63,479 nt of DNA from a virus (taxonomy: Duplodnaviria > Caudoviricetes), in IMG/VR virus record IMGVR_UViG_3300025121_000056, positions 1 to 63,479 of that record. The stretch is one strand, 5' to 3'. How positions within the stretch are numbered: position 1 is the first letter of the stretch; every line of letters begins with the position of its first letter. The notes beneath the pieces are model-generated. The model worked only from the letters and a program-made list of their open reading frames with translations, searched no databases and had not been told where the DNA came from. The position numbers were made by a program, and so were the translations under genes. Shown here one piece after another: positions 30,817 through 40,490 of the stretch.

Positions 30817-32259
30817 ATGAAACGATTAATTTTATTATTCTTTTTTATAGCATCTATTCTCTCGGCTCAGGTAATTAAAGAAGCGTGGAGATTAGATAAT
30901 ACTACTGCAACAAATTTAAGTCCAATAAAACAGTGGGACATCCTTCCCTTCGGCAATCAGTTAGGCAACTTAGGTGCAACTGGTACGAGATGGAATTTCC
31001 TTTATGCTGATACTACAATAACTAACCATCTTTCAAATACAACATGGACTTTGAATAGTGTTGGTGTTACTACAACTGGCACACAGATCAACTATCTTAA
31101 CGGAGCTACTGGCACAACTGGAACGACTACAACTAATCTTGTGTTTTCTACAAGTCCAGTATTGGTTACACCTACTTTGGGAGTAGCTTCTGGGACTTCC
31201 CTTGCTCTCGGTGGGGCAACATTGGGAAGTAATGTATTTTCTGCAAGAGGAACGTGGCAATTCGGAACTGGTACTGGTTCGTCTGCAACTGATTCAAGTA
31301 TTGTCTGGAGTTCTAATTCTGGTTCTCCTTTGCAAACATTTTACGGAACTGATGGAGATGCTTTTTCAATAGGTATTAACACAAGCGATGAAGCATTATT
31401 CACTGGTGCGAGTGGAGGATATAGTTTTGATGGATATAATAAAATAGTAGGTCAACTTGACGTTTGGCAAGGCAGCGGAGTATCCTTACTCTTAGGTGCA
31501 GATAATAGCGCAACGACAAGGACAAATGCAACCCCTAAAATCGGGAGAATTGCCGTCCCCCACTACACTAATTCCGAAGAGCCAGTTACAATATTTCACT
31601 CTAATATTCAATCAGGAAATAATGAAATCAACTTTGGTGGCGGTTCATCATTAATGAATGCGGCAAACTATTTAAGGTTCATGACTGGGGCTGCTTCTAC
31701 AACACTTATAGGGACAATAAGAATAGAAATTGATAACAATGGTAAAACAGCATTTTATACTGGAAGTGGAAGTAGTACTACTGATTCTTCGTTAATTTTT
31801 GATTCTAATTCCGGTTCCCCTCGTTTAAGTTGGTATGGAACTGATGGAGATGCTTTTTCAATAGGTATTAACACAAGCGATGAAGCATTATTCACTGGTG
31901 CGAGTGGAGGATATAGTTTTGATGGTGCTATAACTTCTACTTCTAACACATCTACTTGGGATTCACTAACAGTAAGAAAAGAAGCGTCAACTTTAGCAGA
32001 TAGTTTAGGTGTAATAACCTTAGCAACTGGCGTTGCTGGATGGGGTGAAGTTATGGCTGGTGATAATCAAGAATGGGCACACTTTAGATTCACTTCTGCG
32101 GGTGTAGTTACTCTGATAAACAATTCTGCTAATGTAGGAACAACCGAAAACGATGTTGACAAATTAAATATTTATGATGCTGGAGCTGGAGTAGTTATTC
32201 AGAATAATTTAGGTGCAAGTATAAAGGTGGCTATTAACATTAATTATTTTGTACCATAA
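30817..32259 (+). CDS. Signal-peptide-bearing tail fibre-like protein
   Basis: MKRLILLFFFIASILSA-Q; 'TGTTTTNLVFSTSPVLVTPTLGVA' fibre motif; internal duplication. Confidence 0.65.
   Translation: MKRLILLFFFIASILSAQVIKEAWRLDNTTATNLSPIKQWDILPFGNQLGNLGATGTRWNFLYADTTITNHLSNTTWTLNSVGVTTTGTQINYLNGATGTTGTTTTNLVFSTSPVLVTPTLGVASGTSLALGGATLGSNVFSARGTWQFGTGTGSSATDSSIVWSSNSGSPLQTFYGTDGDAFSIGINTSDEALFTGASGGYSFDGYNKIVGQLDVWQGSGVSLLLGADNSATTRTNATPKIGRIAVPHYTNSEEPVTIFHSNIQSGNNEINFGGGSSLMNAANYLRFMTGAASTTLIGTIRIEIDNNGKTAFYTGSGSSTTDSSLIFDSNSGSPRLSWYGTDGDAFSIGINTSDEALFTGASGGYSFDGAITSTSNTSTWDSLTVRKEASTLADSLGVITLATGVAGWGEVMAGDNQEWAHFRFTSAGVVTLINNSANVGTTENDVDKLNIYDAGAGVVIQNNLGASIKVAININYFVP
31345..31925 (+). repeat. 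Exact 89-bp direct repeat (31345-31433 and 31837-31925)
   Basis: Both copies encode GTDGDAFSIGINTSDEALFTGASGGYSFDG; offset 492 bp, in frame. Confidence 0.9.
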
Positions 32260-32708
32260 TGAAAACTCCAAATAAAATATCAATGAAAGAAGTTAAGTAT
32301 TTGCTTACACTATTTTTTACATCAATTTTTGTGTGGATAATGTTAAGTCTTTTATTCGGCTGTAAAGGTGAAATAGTAGAACCAACGTCATTAGATATTA
32401 GCGGGAGATATGATGACGGCGATTCTATGATACTAATGATTTCACAGAATAGAACTATGATACTTGCAGACTTAGAGTGGGGCGGATATACCACGAGACT
32501 TGAGGGAACATTCGACTACAAGAACAATCAAGTAATTATGAGCGGTAATTACTTTGGCAATCAGAATATCTCATTCAATCTATTCTATGCTAATCAATCT
32601 TTGGCTGGTGGGTATAATTACAATGGACAAGGAACTAAGGCAATACATTTTTATTTTAGGAATAAGTTAGAGAAAAGTCTATTTCATTCACAAGGCATGA
32701 TTCAATGA
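32259..32708 (+). CDS. Putative lipoprotein
   Basis: Hydrophobic leader ending LLFG-C (lipobox-like). Confidence 0.55.
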   Translation: MKTPNKISMKEVKYLLTLFFTSIFVWIMLSLLFGCKGEIVEPTSLDISGRYDDGDSMILMISQNRTMILADLEWGGYTTRLEGTFDYKNNQVIMSGNYFGNQNISFNLFYANQSLAGGYNYNGQGTKAIHFYFRNKLEKSLFHSQGMIQ

Positions 32709-33076
32709 AAAAGATATTACTTATAGCTTTATTGTTTTTGTCAACTTCCTATGCACAATATTCTGTCCTTAACTATGACCCCAGTTATGATAACGATTGG
32801 CGTAGTGAGTGGAAGATCGACAAAATATTAAACGTGGGTGACGAAAAGTGTTTACACCAATGGGTAAAAGAAAGTGTTAAAATTTATTCTATGACTTCGT
32901 GTGCTGTTTTTCACGATAACAGAGGATGTCCTAATAACTGGGGGAAAGAAGAATGGATTTGTAAATTATGCTTGAGAGATATATTTACGTCAGAGGACAG
33001 AATTATTATTCCACAAAAAGAAAAGCCCCAAAGCGAATTTGAACTATTAAAAGAAAAATTAAAGAAAATACGATGA
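32705..33076 (+). CDS. Secreted Cys-rich protein, paralog of 52840
   Basis: SYA-Q leader; 'LNVGDEKC.H.W...C...H....C.......ICK.CLR' shared with 52840. Confidence 0.65.
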   Translation: MKKILLIALLFLSTSYAQYSVLNYDPSYDNDWRSEWKIDKILNVGDEKCLHQWVKESVKIYSMTSCAVFHDNRGCPNNWGKEEWICKLCLRDIFTSEDRIIIPQKEKPQSEFELLKEKLKKIR

Positions 33077-33342
33077 ACTTTTTAGACTGGATAAAGAAAC
33101 ACATAACTGTATTCACATTCTTAGTAACAGTGATAAGCGCTACATTAGGATTCATTAGCGGATTAGTGATTTCCTATTACAAAGTGCAGTCTAGATTTGA
33201 GGTAATAGATAATGGTTTTGACAAAATAAATTTTAAGTTAGACACAGTTCAAAAAACAATGGATAGAGAATTTGAGAATGTTTATGACGTACTACATTTT
33301 CAAAAAGAGTCTATCAAAAAAATAAAGAATACTGGGAACTAA
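33073..33342 (+). CDS. Membrane protein (holin/antiholin-like)
   Basis: One TM helix plus coiled coil, in the lysis region. Confidence 0.45.
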   Translation: MNFLDWIKKHITVFTFLVTVISATLGFISGLVISYYKVQSRFEVIDNGFDKINFKLDTVQKTMDREFENVYDVLHFQKESIKKIKNTGN

Positions 33343-33380
33343 ATTATTTACTTAACCAATAGCAAGAAAGAAGTACTAAA

Positions 33381-33566
33381 ATGGGAAAGTTTATGGAACA
33401 CATCAAAGAGGGATTCAAAAGTGTCTGGGGAATGTTGGGTGTTAATACCGCAACTTTAGCCACAGTTCAATTAGCAGATATAGAAATTGTCTTGAAGATT
33501 ATCTTGTTATTAATAACAATCATATCAACTATTTTAATTACGGTTCACAAATTGAAGAAAAAATAA
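33381..33566 (+). CDS. Holin-like protein
   Basis: 61 aa, hydrophobic segments, basic C-terminus. Confidence 0.5.
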   Translation: MGKFMEHIKEGFKSVWGMLGVNTATLATVQLADIEIVLKIILLLITIISTILITVHKLKKK

Positions 33567-34024
33567 TCACAAATCAAAGGAGCAAAAAGTGATAATTAAT
33601 AAAGTTGATAGTACTGTTTTATTAACGAAAGAAGAAGCAATTATATTTTTCAAGATTTTAGAACATACTTGCGGAGACTATTTGAGAGGAAGATGTCTTC
33701 TGACAGAGGAAGAACTAAAATTAACTTATGATATTGATATACAATTTTTAGAACTTTATCTTTCAACAAAGAATCCCATTTTAGAAGTAAATAGATAATC
33801 ATTTTCAACAAACAAAGGAAGAAGTTATGCCAAAGATAAATGTTGAGTTAAATAATTTTTCAGAAGTTATGGCAAAAATATACCAAGTAACCGACATTGA
33901 CGAAGCCGCAAAACAAAAAATTAATTTAATGTTAGGCGGATTATTATGGTGGTTAATAATAACGCATTTTAATATCAAAGTGGATATTTTATAAAATCAT
34001 TCATTAACAAAAGGAGTAAATATT

Positions 34025-34216
34025 ATGCAAAAAAATTGGAGAACTACAGCAGTAGGTATCTTAGGTGGAATTACATTAATAATTAAAAATGTGATTGCAG
34101 TATTGGATACCGACACAGCAACAAATTTCTCTTACGAAGAAATTACAGTTGCATTAGGACTACTTGGTCTTGGTTGGTTTGCTAAAGATGCTGGAGTAAG
34201 TGGGACAGAAAAGTAA
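34025..34216 (+). CDS. Holin
   Basis: 'KNWRTT..G...2 TM...GLGWFAKD' small-holin pattern upstream of the endolysin. Confidence 0.7.
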   Translation: MQKNWRTTAVGILGGITLIIKNVIAVLDTDTATNFSYEEITVALGLLGLGWFAKDAGVSGTEK

Positions 34217-34803
34217 TGAACAAGAATTTGTTATTGTGGGCGATTATTATAGTTATGATAATCGCCGTTCTTCTTGGGATGTTTTATTTAGGGAGAATCA
34301 CAAAAGAATGTGATACAATTGGCATAACACCAATCGAAATTAAAGACAATCCTAAAGCCCCGGAGATAAAATTTATTTACAAAAAAAGCGTTGTTGGCCC
34401 AACAATAGCACAATTAGATTCTATCACAGAAGTTGCTAAAAACTGGTGGTTAGACCGTTTGCAAAAAGATAGTACGGCAAAAACAGATACCGCGAAACCA
34501 ACACAACAAATAATGGGTTTATTCACTGCGACCAAAGACACAACCTATGTAGATACAACTGGCGGGAAAAAAGATACTCTTTTAATTGCACATACCGAAG
34601 TAGAAAGTAGGATTCCGTTAGATCCATTGCTTCAGTTTTATATGAAATATACTCTCAAGAAAACTACGATTACGCATGAAGTAGAGAAACCGGAAACATT
34701 CTTTGATCGGTTTGGTGCTTCTTTTAATTCGGGTATGGGCTATGGATGGTTTAATAAAAAGATTGATTTCTTCACTGGATTTGGGTTCCATTTTAAGTTA
34801 TGA
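34216..34803 (+). CDS. Membrane-anchored lysis accessory (spanin-like)
   Basis: N-terminal TM helix and C-terminal amphipathic beta hairpin ending 'GFGFHFKL'; between holin and endolysin. Confidence 0.5.
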   Translation: MNKNLLLWAIIIVMIIAVLLGMFYLGRITKECDTIGITPIEIKDNPKAPEIKFIYKKSVVGPTIAQLDSITEVAKNWWLDRLQKDSTAKTDTAKPTQQIMGLFTATKDTTYVDTTGGKKDTLLIAHTEVESRIPLDPLLQFYMKYTLKKTTITHEVEKPETFFDRFGASFNSGMGYGWFNKKIDFFTGFGFHFKL

Positions 34804-34881
34804 AATTCTCGACAAAGTTTTATCTTGTTGTAGTTTCAATTGTACTTTTCTTTCTTATATATAGCATAGGGAAATTCTATC

Positions 34882-35442
34882 ATGTTATTTAATAAAAGTG
34901 ATGTTTTCGAGATGTGCGAAAAGATCGCACCAAAATATAAGTTTGAGCCCTCACTTATTAAAGCATTGTGTCAACAAGAATGTGAGCATCGAGTTGTTGG
35001 TAAAGATGGGAAATTACATTTTAACCCAGATATTTTTCGAGCCGATAAAGTTAGACTTGAACAAAATTATTACGATAAATATGTTGAAAGACAAAATGAA
35101 TTTGCTTCTACAACTGAAGGATTGTTTGCGTTGTCTTGGGGTATTATGCAAATTATGGGGTTATCTCTTAAGGAATTAAAATTCTTTGAGTGGTTTTTTG
35201 ACCAACAATCTGAAGCAACAAAAATCTTTTTAGGAAATCCTTATAGTGAACTTACTGTCCCGAAGGCACTTAATTGGCTTGTTGTAAATCTTGATGCAAT
35301 GGTCGAATGGGGTTGCAAGTGGTTAGACCGGAAAAGGACTTTGGCTAAGGGAGATATAAACAAAATGTTAGATTTTTGGAATGGATGTTCAGACGGTTCA
35401 TATCATAAAGAAGTGTTAGAGAAGCAGAAAAATCTAATGTAA
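34882..35442 (+). CDS. Endolysin, lysozyme-like / SLT-type fold
   Basis: 'LIKALCQQE', 'SWGIMQIMG', 'FWNG...YHKEVL'. Confidence 0.8.
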   Translation: MLFNKSDVFEMCEKIAPKYKFEPSLIKALCQQECEHRVVGKDGKLHFNPDIFRADKVRLEQNYYDKYVERQNEFASTTEGLFALSWGIMQIMGLSLKELKFFEWFFDQQSEATKIFLGNPYSELTVPKALNWLVVNLDAMVEWGCKWLDRKRTLAKGDINKMLDFWNGCSDGSYHKEVLEKQKNLM

Positions 35443-35725
35443 AAATCTATTCTATTATAAAGGAGATTTTAAGATGCTTAATATTCATCTCGAAACCCCG
35501 AAACATTTAACGATGCCTCAAAGAATTGGACTACAAAAAAAGTTGGTACAGATACTGTCTAAGAAGTATAAAGAAAATCCCACAGAGCAAAACGCCAAGG
35601 ATCTAGACAATGAAATACGCATAATGAAAACCTATGACCCTATAATTGATATTGATTGCTTAACAAAGTAATTATTATCTATTATATACCTTTCTCAGGG
35701 AAGAACATTTTCTTAAAAATAGTTC

Positions 35726-35754
35726 TTGCTTCTTAATTTAATTTAACATAATAT
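35726..35754 (+). promoter_or_regulatory. Sigma70-like promoter at the start of the early operon
   Basis: TTGCTT-17 nt-TAATAT upstream of 35783. Confidence 0.5.
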
Positions 35755-35782
35755 CACACCAACATTATTAGGGAATTTAATC

Positions 35783-36031
35783 ATGGGACTAAAATTAACC
35801 CTGCTACCTAAAATTGACCGCAAAAAAGTTTATCGCTTAGTGCAATTTTATAATATCTCACAAACAAAAATTGCGAACGTACATCGCACTTCTCCTCAAA
35901 TGATCCATAATATTCTCACAAGAGAAGGATATAATAGTCAATTAGAGAAAACCACTATGACGGTCCTAAGAATGGTAAACAAAAAACACAAAACAAATTT
36001 CTTAATTGAACAGATGTATAAGGATAAATAA
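35783..36031 (+). CDS. HTH DNA-binding protein (Cro/XRE-like)
   Basis: 'NISQTKIANVHRTSPQMIHNIL'. Confidence 0.6.
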   Translation: MGLKLTLLPKIDRKKVYRLVQFYNISQTKIANVHRTSPQMIHNILTREGYNSQLEKTTMTVLRMVNKKHKTNFLIEQMYKDK

Positions 36032-36437
36032 TGAGCTGGATAGTGTTAGGTGGTATGTTATTGTTTTTATTAATCGGTGTTGAGAAAGTAATAGGCATAA
36101 TAATATTTGCAGTGAGGGATGCGGTAGAGATTGAAGTATTAGAACAAAATAAAAACACAGAAGAAAAGGGGAATTAATTTTTTATAAACAAAGATACATG
36201 AGTGTGTCAAATGTCAAATTCATTCAAACCAACAATCGGGGATAGGAAGTTCAGCGTGATTTACAGTGTCATCCCTCCGAGATACAAAGCAAACAAAGTT
36301 GATGAAGCAAGCGACCCCAAAATCGAGATCGAACAAATTGAGGAAGGCGGGGACATCGTGGACGCTACGATTGATCTTATGACCCGGACGGCAATAGAAT
36401 CTTTAGCCCTTGCTCATTATTACGGTGGAGGTAACTA

Positions 36438-36770
36438 ATGGCTTTCAGAATAAAGATAGACACACCAGACATTGATATTCAAGGCAAAGAATCAATAACA
36501 GACCACAAAGATTTTGATTTAACTCCGTCTGAGTTTATGGTAGATTTTGACATAACCATCGAATACCGAGAATGGGGGATAAGGGATATTTCTATCTATG
36601 CGACAAAAGTTAGTGGGAGTGTTTTTCTAACCGATATGGACACTAACGAAGAGAAGGAAATTGTTTGTAATGATTTTAAGATAGAGAACGATTTTGAAAC
36701 TAGCAAACTTCCAGTGAAGATAGAAAATCTAAACATTGATTTGAAAGATAAAATAATTTTTGTGAGTTAA
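36438..36770 (+). CDS. Hypothetical phage protein
   Basis: Strong GGAGG RBS; 'IEYREWGIRDISI'. Confidence 0.55.
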   Translation: MAFRIKIDTPDIDIQGKESITDHKDFDLTPSEFMVDFDITIEYREWGIRDISIYATKVSGSVFLTDMDTNEEKEIVCNDFKIENDFETSKLPVKIENLNIDLKDKIIFVS

Positions 36771-37249
36771 TTATGGATTTTTCAAATACACCCTTAAAGG
36801 GAAAGGATTTATTGAATAAAGACGCTATTAAAGTTGGTGAGAGATTCAAAGTAAATTATTTACTCGATCACATGAGGGAATTGAAGTTGATTGACAGCGG
36901 AAAGAAGCATGAAAAATTTGTTAAGGATATGGACTTGTTGTTAGAGAGAGGATTTGTATTGAAGGAAAGACAAGTAACCTATCTTGATGGATTATTTAAT
37001 AAAATATTTGATGGAGAAGTAAAATGACAAAGCTCGAACTTGCTTTGATTACATCGTTAATAATTTCCATTGTGTTAATATTTGTGCTTTCCTATTTGTT
37101 AAAACAGGCACATAAACTTGCCAATGAATATTATGCCAAGTACCGAACAGAACAAAATAATTGTAGCTTGTTAGAGCAAGAGAAGAAGATTGTACTTGAC
37201 AAAATAAAAAGTGTAAATGCTTTAATAAAATCAGCATAAGGAGAATAAT

Positions 37250-38110
37250 ATGATAAAAATAAAGGCACAATTTACTGGAGTTATTTCTACTGGAGAATAT
37301 GAAAATGAAAGACCTTTTTTTGAAATAGAAGAAGAAGTTGAAAAATCAACCGATGAGGTTTTAGTTCAAAGGCATAATGAACTCTATAAAATGTGTAGAG
37401 ATATGTTTGATATGGTACAAAAACAATCTTATGTCAAACGTATTGCGAAACAAAGAGAAGGAATAAGATTCTATCCGCCAGAGAATTATCCTTCTGTAAC
37501 CTCTATTATTGGTTGGGATGAAGATTTCTTTATGTCGCCAGAAGAATTAGCACAACACGGAGCGAGAGGAACTATCTTACATAAACTTTCAGAGGTGTTT
37601 GATAATACCAAAGAGTGGAAAGATCCAAAAGATTTCCCCGAACTTTACCCTGATCTTGTAATCCTTAAAAAAGGCAGTTTACATCTTCCATTGGACGATC
37701 AAAACTATCCTGGTTTCATAGAAGAATATCCAATTAAATTTTTATCTCACGAAACAATAGTAAAGAATCACGAACATAAATACGCTGGACGACAAGATGC
37801 TGTTGGGATTCCTATTGTAATCGAAGAGAACAAAATTAAAGCGAATAGTTGGGCTAAAATGGGAGTTAAACCAGTCCTTACTTTGTTTGATAAAAAGTTC
37901 GGTGCTATGGACGAACACAAATATATGCAACAACTAACAGCTTATTGGAATTGTCCAGAGAACATTGACGTTAAACAAATCATTCTTATTCACTTGAATA
38001 AAAGAACTGAACAAGGATTTTCAAAACCGAAAGTCTGTACAGAAAAAGACAAATATTTTTCGTTATTCTTGAACAATAGAGAAAATTTCAAAAAACGATT
38101 TCAAATATAA
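37250..38110 (+). CDS. PD-(D/E)XK exonuclease-like recombination protein
   Basis: 'YPSVTSII', 'RGTILH', 'YAGRQD', 'LFDKK', 'QQLTAY'. Confidence 0.75.
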   Translation: MIKIKAQFTGVISTGEYENERPFFEIEEEVEKSTDEVLVQRHNELYKMCRDMFDMVQKQSYVKRIAKQREGIRFYPPENYPSVTSIIGWDEDFFMSPEELAQHGARGTILHKLSEVFDNTKEWKDPKDFPELYPDLVILKKGSLHLPLDDQNYPGFIEEYPIKFLSHETIVKNHEHKYAGRQDAVGIPIVIEENKIKANSWAKMGVKPVLTLFDKKFGAMDEHKYMQQLTAYWNCPENIDVKQIILIHLNKRTEQGFSKPKVCTEKDKYFSLFLNNRENFKKRFQI

Positions 38111-38122
38111 AAGGAGAACATC

Positions 38123-38515
38123 ATGGCTTTTCAAGAAGTAAAAGTAGAAAATGCAATCACACTAACAAAATTCCCGAATCACCCACTTACGGGTTATTAC
38201 TTGGGACACAGAACAATTACCTCAAGTTTCAAAGAACAAATAATCCACGATTTGAAAATTGTAGGTGGCGAAAAAGACGGGAAGAAAGTTTCTATTTATG
38301 GGTTTACAAGTCTTAACAGAAGTCTCGAATCGGTCGAAGCTGGGACACTTGTACGAGTTACTTATTTAGGTAAGTCAACAGAGAAAAATAAATACGGCAA
38401 TACTTCTCATATCTGTAGAGTTGAATTTGATTCTGAAAAAGTTGACGAAACTCTAAAAACACAACAGCACGAAGAAGGCGCGCAAGATGGCACTGACGAT
38501 GATCTTCCCTTCTAA
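38123..38515 (+). CDS. Probable single-stranded DNA-binding protein
   Basis: OB-like 'GTLVRVTYLG' and acidic tail DDDLPF. Confidence 0.7.
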   Translation: MAFQEVKVENAITLTKFPNHPLTGYYLGHRTITSSFKEQIIHDLKIVGGEKDGKKVSIYGFTSLNRSLESVEAGTLVRVTYLGKSTEKNKYGNTSHICRVEFDSEKVDETLKTQQHEEGAQDGTDDDLPF

Positions 38516-38518
38516 ATT

Positions 38519-38938
38519 ATGAAACTTTTTTGCTCAAATACTAAACTCGGATTAATTCCATTATATCCAGACGATCTTGATGAGAAGAAAAAACTCAAGA
38601 TGGGCGAAATCTATTCATGTGAAATTAAATTGGCAAGGAATTATGAGTTTCACAAGAAGTTTTTCGCATTATGTAAAATGGGCTTTGAGAACTCAAAAGA
38701 GAAATTCATTAAAGCTCCGAATCTTGACATATACAGAAAATATGTAATTATCCGTTCTGGATTTGTTGATTTAGTACAAACCCCAAGTGGGATTATTCCT
38801 TTTCCTCAATCTATTTCATTCGAGAATATGGACGAAACAAAATTTCAAGAAGTTTATGGGGGAGCTTTAGATTTTATTATGGAAGATATCGAGGCGAGTA
38901 AAGAAGATATAGAAAACGAGTTGGGAGATTTCTTTTAA
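38519..38938 (+). CDS. DUF1367 / NinB-like protein
   Basis: 'RNYEFHKKFFAL', 'PQSISFENMDETKFQEVY'. Confidence 0.75.
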   Translation: MKLFCSNTKLGLIPLYPDDLDEKKKLKMGEIYSCEIKLARNYEFHKKFFALCKMGFENSKEKFIKAPNLDIYRKYVIIRSGFVDLVQTPSGIIPFPQSISFENMDETKFQEVYGGALDFIMEDIEASKEDIENELGDFF

Positions 38939-38979
38939 TTGACAGTGTAATGGATACAACCTTAGAGAAACTAAGTAAA

Positions 38980-39110
38980 AAATAACATATATGCAACTTA
39001 CCCGATTATGGTAGTTGCTTAGAAACTAAAATTAGAGGATAAATTTTAATGGATGAAAAAATAAAATTGAACGACCAAGATAATAATTCGGGTAGAGTTG
39101 CGAGTTATTA
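38980..39110 (-). repeat. attC-like site (most distal)
   Basis: + strand ATAAC(38982) ATATAT GCAACT TACCCGA ... TCGGGTA [G] AGTTGC GA GTTAT(39104). Confidence 0.8.
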
Positions 39111-39264
39111 TACGAGCCCGCTCGCTCTAAGAAATGAGTACAAAGCCGAAAGTGGATACGATATTCAACACGTTATTGACAACGAAGATGAATCTTGTAT
39201 TGGTGTACTTATTCACTATATCAAAAATCTCGAAGGCAAACTGGTAAGAAAAGCGGGTAAGTAA
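39049..39264 (+). CDS. Cassette ORF, hypothetical; starts inside the attC loop
   Basis: GAGG RBS and ATG lie within 38980-39110. Confidence 0.55.
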   Translation: MDEKIKLNDQDNNSGRVASYYTSPLALRNEYKAESGYDIQHVIDNEDESCIGVLIHYIKNLEGKLVRKAGK

Positions 39265-39313
39265 CTCACAATTCCTTGCCGGAGCCTGTTATTATAGCTC
39301 GCTCCGCTCGCTA

Positions 39314-39442
39314 TAATAACAATTTGGCAGTTGTGCCGCAAAAAACGAGAGAGAAAATTTAGTATGAAGAAAATATTTAATAACATAAAAAACCCAAACT
39401 TCTTAACCGATATTTTTTGTCGGTACGAAGTGCAAGTTATAT
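39314..39442 (-). repeat. attC-like site
   Basis: ATAAC AATTTG GCAGTT GTGCCG CAAAAAA ... TTTTTTG [T] CGGTAC [G] AAGTGC AA GTTAT. Confidence 0.8.
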
Positions 39443-39458
39443 TTTTTTTACGGTAATT

Positions 39459-39938
39459 ATGGGACTATCATCTCATCAAAACACCGTAGGGAAAAACCAA
39501 GAATGGCTAACGCCCAGATATATATTAGAACCGCTTGGAAAGTTTGATTTAGATCCGTGCGCACCAAAACGCAGACCGTGGGGAATAGCTAATAAGCATT
39601 TTACTGTGGATGGATTAGAACGTAAATGGTTTGGAAGGGTTTGGTTAAATCCACCGTTTGATAGATACACAATCGGTTTATGGTTAAAAAAAATGGCTGA
39701 ACATAATAACGGTATTGCATTGATCGCAGCACGAACCGAAACAGAAAACTTTTACAACTATGTGTGGGATGTAGCAACAGGAGTTTTGTTCATTAAGAAC
39801 AGACCCCACTTTTGTTATGTAAATGGGACGATGGCAAAATTTAATTCTGGAGCGCCAATATGCTTAGTAGCTTATGGTGAGATAAACTTAAAGATCTTAA
39901 TTGAAAGTGGCTTAGGAGTGACAGTAAAAAAAATATAA
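39459..39938 (+). CDS. Cassette-borne phage DNA N6-adenine methyltransferase
   Basis: 'EWLTP', 'FDLDPCA', 'VWLNPPF', 'ARTET..F'; stop TAA lies in the next TAAC box. Confidence 0.85.
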   Translation: MGLSSHQNTVGKNQEWLTPRYILEPLGKFDLDPCAPKRRPWGIANKHFTVDGLERKWFGRVWLNPPFDRYTIGLWLKKMAEHNNGIALIAARTETENFYNYVWDVATGVLFIKNRPHFCYVNGTMAKFNSGAPICLVAYGEINLKILIESGLGVTVKKI

Positions 39939-40195
39939 CGTAGTGGCAACTTACACGTTTGCGGCTCAATAAAATAAACTGGAGAATAGACCAATGATAC
40001 AAAAACTATTAGAAGAATTTGCAAAACCATTTTACCGATTGAACATTGGCGGTATAGAAATAATACCCGATTCTAAGAAGGAATTCACTGGAGTAAGCCA
40101 TCGAGAATTATTCAGTTTCATTAATGACCTTTTGAATGTGCGTGCATGTAAAATAAAAAAGAAGCAAGCAAATCGTATACAGTTGCAAGTTATGC
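39933..40195 (-). repeat. attC-like site with long coding loop
   Basis: ATAAC GTAGTG GCAACT TACACG TTTGC ... GCAAA [T] CGTATA [C] AGTTGC AA GTTAT. Confidence 0.75.
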
Positions 40196-40374
40196 AGAAA
40201 ATTGCGGAGTTGATAGAATACCACAAACAAGAAGCATCAGAACCATATTTAACATTAAAGAGCATATCAAAATTAAAGAAGTTTGAGTTAAAGGTATTGA
40301 ATAACTACAAAAGGAAAATGAAGAAGAAACATCAAGACTGGATTAAAATATTAGAGAGCAATTTTACGGCATAA
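39994..40374 (+). CDS. Cassette ORF, hypothetical; about half is encoded within the attC
   Basis: GGAG RBS in the loop; reads through the arm as ANRIQLQV; TAA in TAAC. Confidence 0.6.
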   Translation: MIQKLLEEFAKPFYRLNIGGIEIIPDSKKEFTGVSHRELFSFINDLLNVRACKIKKKQANRIQLQVMQKIAELIEYHKQEASEPYLTLKSISKLKKFELKVLNNYKRKMKKKHQDWIKILESNFTA

Positions 40375-40469
40375 CGCCGAAGCTAAATGGCGCGAGTGAT
40401 AAAATAGAAATAACTAACTAAACCAAAAACTGCCACGTAACGAGCGTCCATTTGAGCGACTTGTTATGT
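40369..40469 (-). repeat. attC site with canonical geometry
   Basis: Minus strand: R'' ACATAAC, spacer AAGTC, L'' GCT[C]AAAT, GG[A]CGC ... GCGCC, L' ATTTAGC, spacer TTCGGC, R' GTTATGC. Confidence 0.9.
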
Positions 40470-40490
40470 GGCAAAACAGAGCGAGGATTT

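Noticed and set aside
31345-31925. Diversity-generating retroelement TR/VR pair
   Set aside because: The copies are identical with no adenine-specific mismatches, and no reverse transcriptase is present.
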